DNA of 27,301 bases from IMG/VR virus record IMGVR_UViG_3300043568_000799, positions 1 through 27,301 of that record; one strand, 5' to 3'. This DNA comes from a virus. Shown in pieces: positions 1 to 8,599 of the stretch. Under the pieces are notes generated by a model. It was not told the DNA's origin, did no database searches, and saw only the letters and a program-made list of their open reading frames with translations. A program made the translations under genes and the position numbers. Numbering within the stretch: position 1 is the stretch's first letter; each line of letters begins with the position of its first letter.

Positions 1-127
1 TTTATTCACACCCGTGCAAAAATAAATGTACTAAATTTTAGACTATATTTGTAAATATGAAAGGAAGGCCACGAATACCTACCGAAATTAAGGTAATGAA
101 GGGAACGCTAAGCCCGAGCAGGGAATT
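1..127. repeat. Left copy of a 127-bp exact terminal overlap (identical to 27175-27301); signature of circular closure
   Basis: Read directly: tttattcacacccgtgcaaaaataaatg...agcagggaatt is present at both ends. It includes a promoter box and the first 71 nt of terS. Confidence 0.95.
44..51 (+). promoter_or_regulatory. Bacteroidota-type -7 promoter box TATATTTG (TAnnTTTG), 5 nt upstream of the terS ATG
   Basis: Exact match to TAnnTTTG in the HNH-terS intergenic gap. I saw no clear -33 TTTG. Confidence 0.45.
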
Positions 128-527
128 AGCCGCGCCTATGATTGTCGAACTAAGCGAAGGGGTACCGCAACCGCCTGCGCACTTAAACGCTTTGGGCTTT
201 GAGTACTGGGATATCACTTGCAAGGAATTAAAAAACAATCATTTGTTAACAGGCGTTGATCTTGGATTAGTTGCCGGGTACTGCAACGAGTTAGGACTTT
301 ATAAGAAAGCGTGCGGAATGACAGAGGCGGAGGGCGAAGTTGTGTTAAATCGTTTCGGCGATAAAGTTATTTCGCCCTGGTACGATGTTAGAAGCCGAGC
401 ACTTAAGCAAGCTACACAAATGGGGCAACTATTCGGAGTAACGCCAAGCGCGAGGGGCAAGATTGAAACAGGCAAGAGCGCGCCTGTATCTAAATTGGAA
501 CTTTTACAAAAATCAAAAATAGCATGA
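57..527 (+). CDS. terS: Terminase small subunit, P27 family
   Basis: N-terminus MKGRPRIPTEIKVMKGT..., mid-region ...LVAGYCNELGLYKKA... and C-terminus ...LFGVTPSARGKI match the P27-family pattern. It lies next to terL and an HNH gene. Confidence 0.88.
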   Translation: MKGRPRIPTEIKVMKGTLSPSRELAAPMIVELSEGVPQPPAHLNALGFEYWDITCKELKNNHLLTGVDLGLVAGYCNELGLYKKACGMTEAEGEVVLNRFGDKVISPWYDVRSRALKQATQMGQLFGVTPSARGKIETGKSAPVSKLELLQKSKIA

Positions 528-739
528 AAAAGAAAATTGAAACAACCGAGCCAGTGGAATTGACTGAAGGCGTAACTTTTAAAGTTGAGCCAAGCGGTTT
601 GCATTTTATCGTTAGCCGTAATCAAGGCAGCGGCTTCAAGCCATGTGGAAAGGATGGGCTTTGGGCTGAAGTTCCGCACCTTTACAGAAACCAATACTTA
701 GCGCAGATAGCTTTAGATTATTTCTTTGCGAATAGCTGA
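524..739 (+). CDS. Hypothetical protein between terS and terL
   Basis: 71-aa ORF whose ATG overlaps the terS stop (ATGA). No motif recognised. Confidence 0.55.
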   Translation: MKKKIETTEPVELTEGVTFKVEPSGLHFIVSRNQGSGFKPCGKDGLWAEVPHLYRNQYLAQIALDYFFANS

Positions 740-2348
740 GCAGTATATTGAGGGCGTAGTGAGTGGGCGCGTAATTGTGTGCGAACACGTGCGCAATGCT
801 GTTAACCGTTATGTAACGGACAGGGCAAACGGTTGGGGGTTTAGTGAAAACTACGCGCAGCACGCCATCGACTTTATCGAACAGCTCGAGCACAGCACTG
901 GAGACTATGCCGGCAAGCCGTTTAAGTTGGAAGGGTGGCAGGCGTTTATCGTTTGGAATCTGTTTGGGTTTCTCAATCCTGACGGCAGCAGAAGATTTAC
1001 CCGGGCTTATGTTGAGGTCCCCCGAAAAAATGGGAAATCTACTTTTAGCTCGGCGGTTATGCTTTACGGCTTAATGGCCGACGGGGAAAGTGCAGCGCAA
1101 GTTTATAGCGCGGCAACTAAACTCGACCAAGCCATGATGGTATTTGCGGAGTCGGTCCGCGTTTGCCAAAATGTAGACTGGCTTGCAGAATCGTTAACCG
1201 TTAACAACAGTGTAAACAATCGGCGCATCCTTTACGGGCAATCGGTGTATAAGCCCCTCGAGTGGAACCCTAGCAAACAGGATGGACTAAACACGCACTT
1301 TGCAGTGATTGACGAATACCACGCGCACCCAAACGATGAGCTTTACAATGTATTGCGCAACTCGATGGGCGCAAGGAGGCAACCGTTGTTATTCACAATT
1401 ACCACGGCGGGCTTTAATCGTGAGTCGCCCTGCTACAAGCATCGCAATTACTGCGCCTCTGTTTTATCTGGAGCGATTGTAGACGATGCTTTGTTCAGCG
1501 TCATTTACACGCTCGACGAAGGCGACGATTGGACAGACTCGGCAAACTGGGCAAAGGCAAACCCAAACTGGGGTGTTTCGGTTTACCCGCGTCAGTTAGA
1601 GCAGGCACTAACCGAGGCAAAGGAATTTGTACACAAAGAAGTTGAATTTAAAACTAAGTTGTTAAACGTGTGGACAGATACGGCAATGACTTGGATTAAT
1701 GACAGTACTTGGATGGAATGCGCCGAGTCTCAACAGCTAGACGGGATTTGTTACGGCGGTTTGGATTTGGCGAGCACTGGAGACTTTTGCGCGTTTACTT
1801 TGTATTGGCCCGAATACTCAGCGATTAGGACTTGGTACTTTTTGCCAAGCGAGGCAGCATACAAAAGAAAGGACGCAGCAGGGGCAAGTATTAGGCAATG
1901 GATTGCAGACGGTGTAATTACTGCAACGGATGGGAACGTAACGGATTATAATTTTATCAAAGCGCAAATATTAGATTTGGCATTGGAGTTTGAAATTAAG
2001 GATATTGCTTACGATCGTTTCAACGCTTCGCAGCTTGTTATTGATTTACAAAACGAGGGCTTGCAAATGTTTCCCTTTGGTCAGGGCTTTATTTCAATGA
2101 GCAGCCCGACTAAGGAACTGGAGCGCTTAGTAAAGGACGGCAGGCTTAAACACGATGGCAATCCTGTTACTCGTTGGATGATGGGCAATGTATTACTTGC
2201 TAATGATCCTGCGGGCAATATTAAGATTAACAAAGCAAAGAGTGGCGATAAGGTCGATGGGCCTGTTAGTATTGTAATGGCATTGGGCACGGCTATGCAG
2301 GATGCTGCCAAAGAAAAAGAAACAGACTTTTGGTTTATAAGCTTATGA
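726..2348 (+). CDS. terL: Terminase large subunit (Terminase_1-like ATPase/nuclease)
   Basis: 540 aa. Contains a Walker A-like VPRKNGKST, a Walker B-like AVIDEYHAH and a C-terminal nuclease region. The start is a TTG at 726 and is uncertain. Confidence 0.92.
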   Translation: MRIAEQYIEGVVSGRVIVCEHVRNAVNRYVTDRANGWGFSENYAQHAIDFIEQLEHSTGDYAGKPFKLEGWQAFIVWNLFGFLNPDGSRRFTRAYVEVPRKNGKSTFSSAVMLYGLMADGESAAQVYSAATKLDQAMMVFAESVRVCQNVDWLAESLTVNNSVNNRRILYGQSVYKPLEWNPSKQDGLNTHFAVIDEYHAHPNDELYNVLRNSMGARRQPLLFTITTAGFNRESPCYKHRNYCASVLSGAIVDDALFSVIYTLDEGDDWTDSANWAKANPNWGVSVYPRQLEQALTEAKEFVHKEVEFKTKLLNVWTDTAMTWINDSTWMECAESQQLDGICYGGLDLASTGDFCAFTLYWPEYSAIRTWYFLPSEAAYKRKDAAGASIRQWIADGVITATDGNVTDYNFIKAQILDLALEFEIKDIAYDRFNASQLVIDLQNEGLQMFPFGQGFISMSSPTKELERLVKDGRLKHDGNPVTRWMMGNVLLANDPAGNIKINKAKSGDKVDGPVSIVMALGTAMQDAAKEKETDFWFISL

Positions 2349-2530
2349 GATTTGTTGACGACTTCATGAACAAGTACTATTTTAACCTTCCTAAGTATCG
2401 CACTTATGAGGATGCCTATAACGCAACCGAGGCCGAGTACCTGGAAAGGTACGGAGTGCCACGCTATAAAAACTACGATGTATTTCGCTCGGCTCTTTGC
2501 AGGTGGCTAGCCCAGGGGCGGAATAAATAA
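2345..2530 (+). CDS. Hypothetical small protein
   Basis: The ATG at 2345 overlaps the terL stop (ATGA). I prefer it to the TTG start at 2330 in the ORF track. Confidence 0.55.
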   Translation: MRFVDDFMNKYYFNLPKYRTYEDAYNATEAEYLERYGVPRYKNYDVFRSALCRWLAQGRNK

Positions 2531-2575
2531 GATTTGTTAACACGGCGGAATTAAAGAGGTTGTAATTTGCGGGCG

Positions 2576-3847
2576 ATGAATCTACGATTTTGGGAACGGA
2601 AAACAGAAAAGCGGTCAATGCTAACGCAACCCGCGGACTGGTTTGTAAATACCTTAAACAATATTTTTGGCTATCAAACCAAAAGCGGCCAAGCCGTAAA
2701 TAATACAACGGCGTTAAGCATTGCATCCGTGCACGCTTGCGTTAGAGTTATTGCGGATGGAATCGCGGGGCTTGGTTTGAAATTGTATAAAGATGATGGG
2801 CAGAATAGGGATCAAATTATAATCCACTACGCCACAGCTTTAACTAACGAGCCGAATCCCTATCAAACTAAATACGATTTTACAAAGTACATGACTAGCC
2901 ACCTAGCACTAACTGGCAACGCATACGCTTTTATTAATCGCGACGTTAGGAATATCGGCATAGAGTTGCACCCAATCGCGCCGCAGTACGTTACCCCTGT
3001 TATGCAGGATGGCCTTTTGTTTTACAAGGTTACACTTGCAGGATACCCGGGCATGATCCCTGCAACGGAAATGCTACACTTCAAAGGAATGTGTGGCGAT
3101 AATCCGCTAGTAGGTTTGAGCCCTGTAGTATTGCACGCAGAAACTTTGGGTATTGACTTGGCAGCAATCAGCCAGAGCGCAGGCGTTTATAAAAATGGAG
3201 TATTGAAATTTTTGTTAACGTCAGACGCGCAGATAAAAATAGACCAAGCGGGGCCGTTAAAAAAATCCCTCGACGATGTTATAGACGGGGCAAGCCGTAG
3301 CGCTGTGCTTCCTAACGGAATCAAGATGGAAAAATTAAGCCTAAGCCCTGAAGAGGCGCAGTATCTTGAGACCCGTAAATTTAGCAGCGAGGAAATTGCA
3401 CGAATCTTTGGAGTGCCTGCTTCTATGATTGGCGCAACCGCAGGGATCAAGTCAAGCGTTGAGCAGGAATATCAAGATTTTTATGCGCGTACTCTAATGA
3501 GCTACGCTATCAACATAGAGCAGGAACTAGCCCGCAAGCTGTTAACAGAAAACGATAAGCTAACTTATTACTTTAAATTTAATTTTAACTCACTATTGAG
3601 GGCCTCCGCTAACGAGCGAGCAGACTATTATAATAAAGGCATCCGCGGCGGCTGGCTTTCTAGAAACGAGGCGCGAGTATACGAGGATGTTAACGCGTTT
3701 GATGGTGGCGACGAGTATTTAATTGAAGCCAACTTAATGCCGTCAAGTCAAATCAACGAGTATATGGACGCCAAGATTGCAAACCTTATGGCGACCGCAG
3801 ACAAAAACAATAACCCCGAGGGCGTAAATAACCAAACAATAAATTAA
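2576..3847 (+). CDS. Portal protein, HK97 family
   Basis: About 423 aa with typical portal blocks (...LALTGNAYAF..., ...EEIARIFGVPASMIG...). Position is between terL and the protease. The start is either the ATG at 2576 or the TTG at 2567. Confidence 0.92.
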   Translation: MNLRFWERKTEKRSMLTQPADWFVNTLNNIFGYQTKSGQAVNNTTALSIASVHACVRVIADGIAGLGLKLYKDDGQNRDQIIIHYATALTNEPNPYQTKYDFTKYMTSHLALTGNAYAFINRDVRNIGIELHPIAPQYVTPVMQDGLLFYKVTLAGYPGMIPATEMLHFKGMCGDNPLVGLSPVVLHAETLGIDLAAISQSAGVYKNGVLKFLLTSDAQIKIDQAGPLKKSLDDVIDGASRSAVLPNGIKMEKLSLSPEEAQYLETRKFSSEEIARIFGVPASMIGATAGIKSSVEQEYQDFYARTLMSYAINIEQELARKLLTENDKLTYYFKFNFNSLLRASANERADYYNKGIRGGWLSRNEARVYEDVNAFDGGDEYLIEANLMPSSQINEYMDAKIANLMATADKNNNPEGVNNQTIN

Positions 3848-3848
3848 A

Positions 3849-4460
3849 ATGAAACAAGAAAGGCGCACATTTACGGGCACCGTCCACACCAGAGCAGAGG
3901 GCGAAGGCATGCCAAAAGAAATTGGCGGAATCGCTGCCGTTATTAATTCGGTAACTGACCTTGGATATTTTGAAGAGGTGATAATGCCCGGGGCGTTTGA
4001 CAATGCTTTGAGTAAGGATTACGATATCCGTTGTTTGTTTAACCACGAAGCCGATTTAATTTTGGGCCGCACAAAGGCAGATACTTGCAGAGTGTTTGTA
4101 AATGGCGACGGAAATTTAGAATATACTTGGGTTCCAGATTATGAGAACCCTACGCACATGAGCGTTGTGCGTTCTATTATGCGCGGCGACATTACGCAAA
4201 GCTCATTTGCATTTACAATCAAAGAACAGTCTTGGAGCGAAAGCGAAAAGTACGGAACTATGGGCAAGCGTAAAATAACAATAATTGAGGATCTATACGA
4301 CGTGAGCCCTGTAACTTATCCTGCTTATGAAGATACAGAGGCAGACGCTCGCAGCATCGCAGCAACAAGAGATCGAGAGTTAGAAATTGAAGCTGCAAAA
4401 CAAAGCCAAGTAAGCGCAGACATTTTAAAATTAGCGTTAGCCAGATATACAAACTATTAA
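3849..4460 (+). CDS. Prohead maturation protease, HK97 family (S78)
   Basis: 203 aa with ...NHEADLILGRT... and ...DLYDVSPVTYPAY... blocks. It sits in the canonical position between portal and capsid genes. Confidence 0.88.
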   Translation: MKQERRTFTGTVHTRAEGEGMPKEIGGIAAVINSVTDLGYFEEVIMPGAFDNALSKDYDIRCLFNHEADLILGRTKADTCRVFVNGDGNLEYTWVPDYENPTHMSVVRSIMRGDITQSSFAFTIKEQSWSESEKYGTMGKRKITIIEDLYDVSPVTYPAYEDTEADARSIAATRDRELEIEAAKQSQVSADILKLALARYTNY

Positions 4461-4474
4461 AAAAAACAAAAATC

Positions 4475-5788
4475 ATGAATAAAATTAAAGCCCTAAAAGA
4501 AGAGCGTGGACGTTTGCTAGGCGAATTGTCTACCCTACAATCTACCATCGAGCGTGAAGCACGTTCTATGGCTGACACTGAAACTAACCGTTTGTCTGAA
4601 ATCGAAGCTCGTTTGGGCGCGATCAAAGCAGAGGTTGAAACCTTAGAGAAATTGCAAAACCTTGCAGCTCAAGCAGCAGGCCACAGCGCAAGCCGTAGCG
4701 AAGAGAAAGAAAAGTCAAACATGGCTAAAGATTACAGCTTTAAGCGCGCAATGGAAATGGCTATCACTGGCCGTCGTGAAGGCGTTGAAGGCGAATTTTC
4801 TGCAATGGGTGGTTCTGAATTTCAGCGCTCAGGTGTTAGCGTTTCTGCTCACTCTATCAAAATCCCTTCTGAAGTATTCACACGTGACATGACTGCAACA
4901 GGCGGAACTTCTGGTTCTGAAGGTGGCGTTAACGTTCAAACTTCTGTAGGTTCAATCATTGACGTTTTGTTGCCTCGCACAGTATTGGCAGGCTTGGGCG
5001 TTCAACGTTTGAGCGGCCTTGTTGGAAACTTGGATTTACCAACAGCATCAACTTTGCCAAGTGCAGGTTGGAATACTGAGAACGGCACAGCTACTGAAAA
5101 GAGCCCTGCTTTCTCTAAAATCACTTTCAGCCCTAAGCGTTTGGCTGCTTACATCCAAGTTTCTAACCAGTTGATGTTGCAATCTAGCAACTCTATCGAC
5201 GGGTACGTAAGAAACTGGTTGTTAAATGCAATGGCTCAATCGTTGGAAACTGCTGCAATTAAAGGTGGTGGATCTAACGAGCCTGTAGGAATTATCGGTA
5301 ACGCTAACGTAAACGTAACTTTCGCAGGTGGCGCAACTTCTAACTCTACCAACGCTAACGGAATCGCTCCAGTTTGGGCCGATGTTGTTAACTTGATGAA
5401 AGCAGTAGAGAACGCTAACGGAAACGGTGTTGCTTACTTGACTAACCCATTGGTTAAGGCTAAATTGCAAACTACCGCCCGCCAATCTTCAGGCGTAGAA
5501 GGTAACTTTATTTGGCCTTCTGGTGGTACTGATTTGAACGGTTACAATGTTCAAACAACTACCTTGGTTCCTAGCAACTTGTCTAAAGGTTCTAGCTCTA
5601 CTTTGTCTGCAATGATCTTTGGAGACTTCAGCAAAATGGCTATTGCTAACTGGGGCGGTATGGAGTTGACAGTTGACCCTTATAGCGGAGCTACTGCCGG
5701 CTTGACCAACGTAGTACTTAACGCTTATTTGGATTGCAACTTGTTGAACCCTGCAGCCTTCGCGGTTTGTAAGGACATCGTTGCCTAA
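4475..5788 (+). CDS. Major capsid protein, HK97 fold, with an N-terminal coiled-coil delta/scaffold domain
   Basis: 437 aa. The first ~100 aa are a charged coiled coil, followed by a typical HK97 MCP body. There is no separate scaffold gene. The leader is A-rich with no SD. Confidence 0.92.
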   Translation: MNKIKALKEERGRLLGELSTLQSTIEREARSMADTETNRLSEIEARLGAIKAEVETLEKLQNLAAQAAGHSASRSEEKEKSNMAKDYSFKRAMEMAITGRREGVEGEFSAMGGSEFQRSGVSVSAHSIKIPSEVFTRDMTATGGTSGSEGGVNVQTSVGSIIDVLLPRTVLAGLGVQRLSGLVGNLDLPTASTLPSAGWNTENGTATEKSPAFSKITFSPKRLAAYIQVSNQLMLQSSNSIDGYVRNWLLNAMAQSLETAAIKGGGSNEPVGIIGNANVNVTFAGGATSNSTNANGIAPVWADVVNLMKAVENANGNGVAYLTNPLVKAKLQTTARQSSGVEGNFIWPSGGTDLNGYNVQTTTLVPSNLSKGSSSTLSAMIFGDFSKMAIANWGGMELTVDPYSGATAGLTNVVLNAYLDCNLLNPAAFAVCKDIVA

Positions 5789-5797
5789 TCACTAGCC

Positions 5798-5850
5798 CGC
5801 TCGGGGGCGTAAAAGTCCGAGTGCTGCGGGGGGTCTTGACTGCACCCCCC
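5798..5850 (+). other. Two tandem GC-rich stem-loops immediately downstream of the major capsid gene
   Basis: Hairpin 1 spans 5798-5823 (cgctcggg / tccgagtg, 10-nt loop). Hairpin 2 pairs G6 (5828-5833) with C6 (5845-5850) around an 11-nt loop. No U-tract follows. Confidence 0.5.
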
Positions 5851-5859
5851 ACGGGCCAA

Positions 5860-6045
5860 ATGTTAGTAAAATTTTTGATCAATCCAACAGGGAAATTTAA
5901 CCTCAGTTATAACTTGGGCGAGGTTGTAGAAATTGAAACTAAGCAAGCCGAGTTATTACTTGAGGCGGGGGCTGTTGAAGTTGTAGCTGCACCTAAGACC
6001 AAAAAGAAACCCACTAACCCAGAGACCGAATTAGACGCCGAATAA
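5860..6045 (+). CDS. Hypothetical head-module protein (61 aa)
   Basis: I prefer the ATG at 5860 to the GTG at 5821, which lies inside the hairpins. The stop overlaps the next start (TAATG). Confidence 0.5.
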   Translation: MLVKFLINPTGKFNLSYNLGEVVEIETKQAELLLEAGAVEVVAAPKTKKKPTNPETELDAE

Positions 6046-6704
6046 TGTTCAAAAGTAGAAGATACACAGCCTTTGCAAATGTAGCAACCGACTATTTAAG
6101 TTTAGCCGACGCTAAGCAGCATTTGCGCGTTACGGCTTCCGATGATGACAGTTATATTTCGGGTTTAATCAGTATGGCCGTTGACGCCTGCAGCAATTAC
6201 TTAGGCTACTCGATTAAGAAGGGAACGGCTAAATATGGCTTTGATAGCTTTACAGGCTCGCCTGCGCTAATCAATCCCGTTAACGGTCTCAATATACCTA
6301 GCGGTAATTATCTTCGCGTAAATAGCCGCGTGTTGGCTGTGAACTCTGTGAGCTATGTAAACAGCAGCCAAGCGGTAACGGCATTTGCTGGCAGCGATTG
6401 GATAGTAGCACCTGACCCAATGGGCAATTACTCACGAAATATCTTTATCAATACAGCGCCCGACTCAATAACCGACGATACAATTAAGTATATTATTGAA
6501 GTATCTGAGGGATTTAATCCAGTAGGTACGGCTAGCGTTGACCCAGATACAATTTTACCGATGGCAATTAAACACGCCGCTTTATTATTAGTCGGTCAGT
6601 ATTACGATAACAGGAACTCGATAGTAGTGGGAACCATCCAAAGCAAAATATCTTTAGGCTTTGAGTATCTTTTAGATCCTTACAAAATTCAAATTATACT
6701 CTAA
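6045..6704 (+). CDS. Head-tail connector protein (gp6-like)
   Basis: The N-terminal ...LSLADAKQHLRV... signature is typical of gp6-like connector proteins. Position follows the capsid gene. Confidence 0.75.
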   Translation: MFKSRRYTAFANVATDYLSLADAKQHLRVTASDDDSYISGLISMAVDACSNYLGYSIKKGTAKYGFDSFTGSPALINPVNGLNIPSGNYLRVNSRVLAVNSVSYVNSSQAVTAFAGSDWIVAPDPMGNYSRNIFINTAPDSITDDTIKYIIEVSEGFNPVGTASVDPDTILPMAIKHAALLLVGQYYDNRNSIVVGTIQSKISLGFEYLLDPYKIQIIL

Positions 6705-7024
6705 TGCAGTCGGGATCTATGGATGTACTAGTTAGTTTGCAGAGTTATGCGGAAACTATCGACGCCAATACAGGAGAGAAATTACAAACGTGGACCGAAT
6801 ACGCAACGGCTTGGGCTCAGCGCGTAGAACAGGAAAGCGGAAGCGAGCAAGTAAATGCGGACCGCAGAGAGCATAAGCAAATCGTTTACTATACTATCCG
6901 CTATAATTCAGCGGTAAGCGTGAAGCATAGAATAGTTGACGCGGGCCTTAATCATAACATTGTTAACATTGCAAACCTAGCACGCAATTTATATTTGAAG
7001 TTGCAAACTGAATTAACAGAGTGA
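6704..7024 (+). CDS. Head closure / head-tail joining protein (SPP1 gp16-like)
   Basis: 106 aa with a pattern of ...AWAQRVEQESGSE... then ...YTIRY.... Gene order also fits. Confidence 0.7.
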   Translation: MQSGSMDVLVSLQSYAETIDANTGEKLQTWTEYATAWAQRVEQESGSEQVNADRREHKQIVYYTIRYNSAVSVKHRIVDAGLNHNIVNIANLARNLYLKLQTELTE

Positions 7025-7467
7025 CAAAGAACGTTGAAAATATTGCCGAGGTTATAGATGCCTTAAAAGCGATGGGCGTCGAAATAGATAGCCCAGATTT
7101 ACAGCGTATGCTCAAAGCTCAGGCGTTACCAATAATAAATAGTGCAAAAAACTTAGCGCCTAAAGATAGCGGCGACCTTGCCAAGTCCATCGGCTTTATT
7201 ACTGGCAAGGATAAGGACAATAAAACAAAAGTGCTGATTGGATTGCGCAAAGAATATTACAATAATTACCTCGGGCCGATGTTTGAATATGGCACTGTTG
7301 CGCGTATACAGGAAAAGACAGGCCGCTATACTGGCATCATTGAAGCGCGCCCATTTATGCGCCCGGCATTGGACCAAAACGCGGGCAAGGTAACGGACGG
7401 AATTATTAACGGCGTGGATAAAATCCTAGCCAAATTAGCAAAGAAAAATAACTTAATATACAAATAA
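7021..7467 (+). CDS. HK97 gp10-family neck/tail-completion protein
   Basis: Motifs ...AKNLAPKDSGDLAKSI... and ...FEYGT...ARPFMRPAL are typical of the HK97 gp10 family. The GTG start overlaps the preceding stop (GTGA). Confidence 0.78.
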   Translation: MTKNVENIAEVIDALKAMGVEIDSPDLQRMLKAQALPIINSAKNLAPKDSGDLAKSIGFITGKDKDNKTKVLIGLRKEYYNNYLGPMFEYGTVARIQEKTGRYTGIIEARPFMRPALDQNAGKVTDGIINGVDKILAKLAKKNNLIYK

Positions 7468-7469
7468 TC

Positions 7470-7907
7470 ATGGCAACTACTGGACCAGTAAACGGCACGC
7501 TCATAAGCATCTATAAAGATGTGAGCGGCACACTTAAAAAAATCGCTAACGCGACATCTAATTCACTCGACATTTCTAAGGACATGATCGACGTAACAAG
7601 TAAAGACAGCGCAGGCGCAAAGGAATTTATTGCCGGCGAGTATGGCTACACTTTGAACGTTGAAGCAATCTTTGAAGATGACTCAAGCGTAGGAGCTTCA
7701 CAAGTTTCTTACAAGGATTTGGTAACAGATTTGCTTGCGGGTACTTTATTGACTATCGTAATGACATCAAACGTAACGGGCGACGAAAAATATAGTGGAT
7801 CTGCTTTCTTTAGTAGCTTGAGCTTGAGCGCACCAAACAACGACAAAGCAACTTGGACAGGCACCTTGCAGGGATCTGGCGCTTTGACTTTGGGTACTGT
7901 TGCTTAA
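7470..7907 (+). CDS. Major tail protein (TP901-1/phi13-type, Phage_tail_2-like)
   Basis: 145 aa with ...IDVTSKDSAGAKEFIAGE... and a C-terminal ...TWTGTLQGSGAL pattern. No sheath gene is present, so the tail is siphovirus-like. Confidence 0.8.
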   Translation: MATTGPVNGTLISIYKDVSGTLKKIANATSNSLDISKDMIDVTSKDSAGAKEFIAGEYGYTLNVEAIFEDDSSVGASQVSYKDLVTDLLAGTLLTIVMTSNVTGDEKYSGSAFFSSLSLSAPNNDKATWTGTLQGSGALTLGTVA

Positions 7908-7913
7908 TAGTAT

Positions 7914-7921
7914 TATATTTG
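7914..7921 (+). promoter_or_regulatory. TAnnTTTG box (TATATTTG) 4 nt upstream of the ATG at 7926, with TTTG at 7889-7892 (21-nt spacer)
   Basis: Exact motif in the 18-nt gap after the major tail gene. Confidence 0.35.
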
Positions 7922-7925
7922 TGCC

Positions 7926-8258
7926 ATGAGCACTACAATTAAACTAGGGGGTGCTGAGCATCCCCTTTTATTTAACATGAATAGCCTGCGCAACATTATG
8001 GAAGTTGCCGGCATGGAAACCTTTGCAGATTTAAACTTGCAAAAGGACTTAGCGAAGTCTATGGATTTTGCTTTGAGCTGCGCGTTTTACGGGATCTTGG
8101 AAGGCTACGAGGCCCAGGATAAAAAGACGCCTTACCCAACCGTGCAAAAGTTAGGCGCGGCGATTAAGAAGTTTCAAGAAATTAGCCCCGCGTTAGAAGG
8201 ATTCACGGCTGCAATTACAGATTTTTTTGCACCTGTTGAAGAGTCAACGGGGGAGTAA
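7926..8258 (+). CDS. Tail assembly chaperone (gpG-like)
   Basis: 110-aa acidic protein located between the major tail protein and the tape measure, followed by an ORF in the -1 frame. Confidence 0.6.
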   Translation: MSTTIKLGGAEHPLLFNMNSLRNIMEVAGMETFADLNLQKDLAKSMDFALSCAFYGILEGYEAQDKKTPYPTVQKLGAAIKKFQEISPALEGFTAAITDFFAPVEESTGE

Positions 8259-8320
8259 CTGCCAAGGGCGACAGCGCCCCGCTAACTTGGCGCAAGATTG
8301 AGCGCATTGCTTACGGCGAA

Positions 8321-8599
8321 ATGATGCTAAGCGAAAGCGAGTTTTTACTTTCAACGCCTCGCTTTTGGCGTTTGAAATTAGAAGGGATGCGCGAAGCTCA
8401 GCAGCAGCAGTATCGCAACCAATGGGAAATAACCCGCTGGGCTGTTGCTACGGGTATGGCCCCACACTTAAAGAAGCCCATAGAACCCAAACGGCTGTTA
8501 ACATTTCCTTGGGAGGTATCCGATTACCTATCAATTCACGACGCGGTTAAACTATATTCGCATGTCTTTGATAAGTTAACCCCAGACGCGAAAGCATGA
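8321..8599 (+). CDS. Tail assembly chaperone T-part; probably expressed as a -1 frameshift extension of 7926-8258
   Basis: The ORF is in the -1 frame relative to 7926-8258. That frame is open from 8240, and protein-like sequence (LTWRKIERIAYGE) precedes the first ATG. The ...SESEFLLSTPRFWRLKLEG block resembles phiE125 gp8/GTA g11-type chaperones. Confidence 0.55.
   Translation: MMLSESEFLLSTPRFWRLKLEGMREAQQQQYRNQWEITRWAVATGMAPHLKKPIEPKRLLTFPWEVSDYLSIHDAVKLYSHVFDKLTPDAKA

Noticed and set aside
844-1074. Alternative-frame ORFs inside confidently called genes (for example 844-1074, 4662-4892 and 8365-8550 on the + strand; 2391-2726, 3743-4046 and 16244-16627 on the minus strand)
   Set aside because: They are embedded in genes that have clear family signatures. 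Their composition is typical of off-frame translation and nothing independent supports them.
8222-8228. T7 run (GAT TTT TTT GCA) as the chaperone frameshift site
   Set aside because: It is a good slippery sequence, but a -1 shift here meets a TGA after three codons (8237-8239). It cannot join the two chaperone ORFs.
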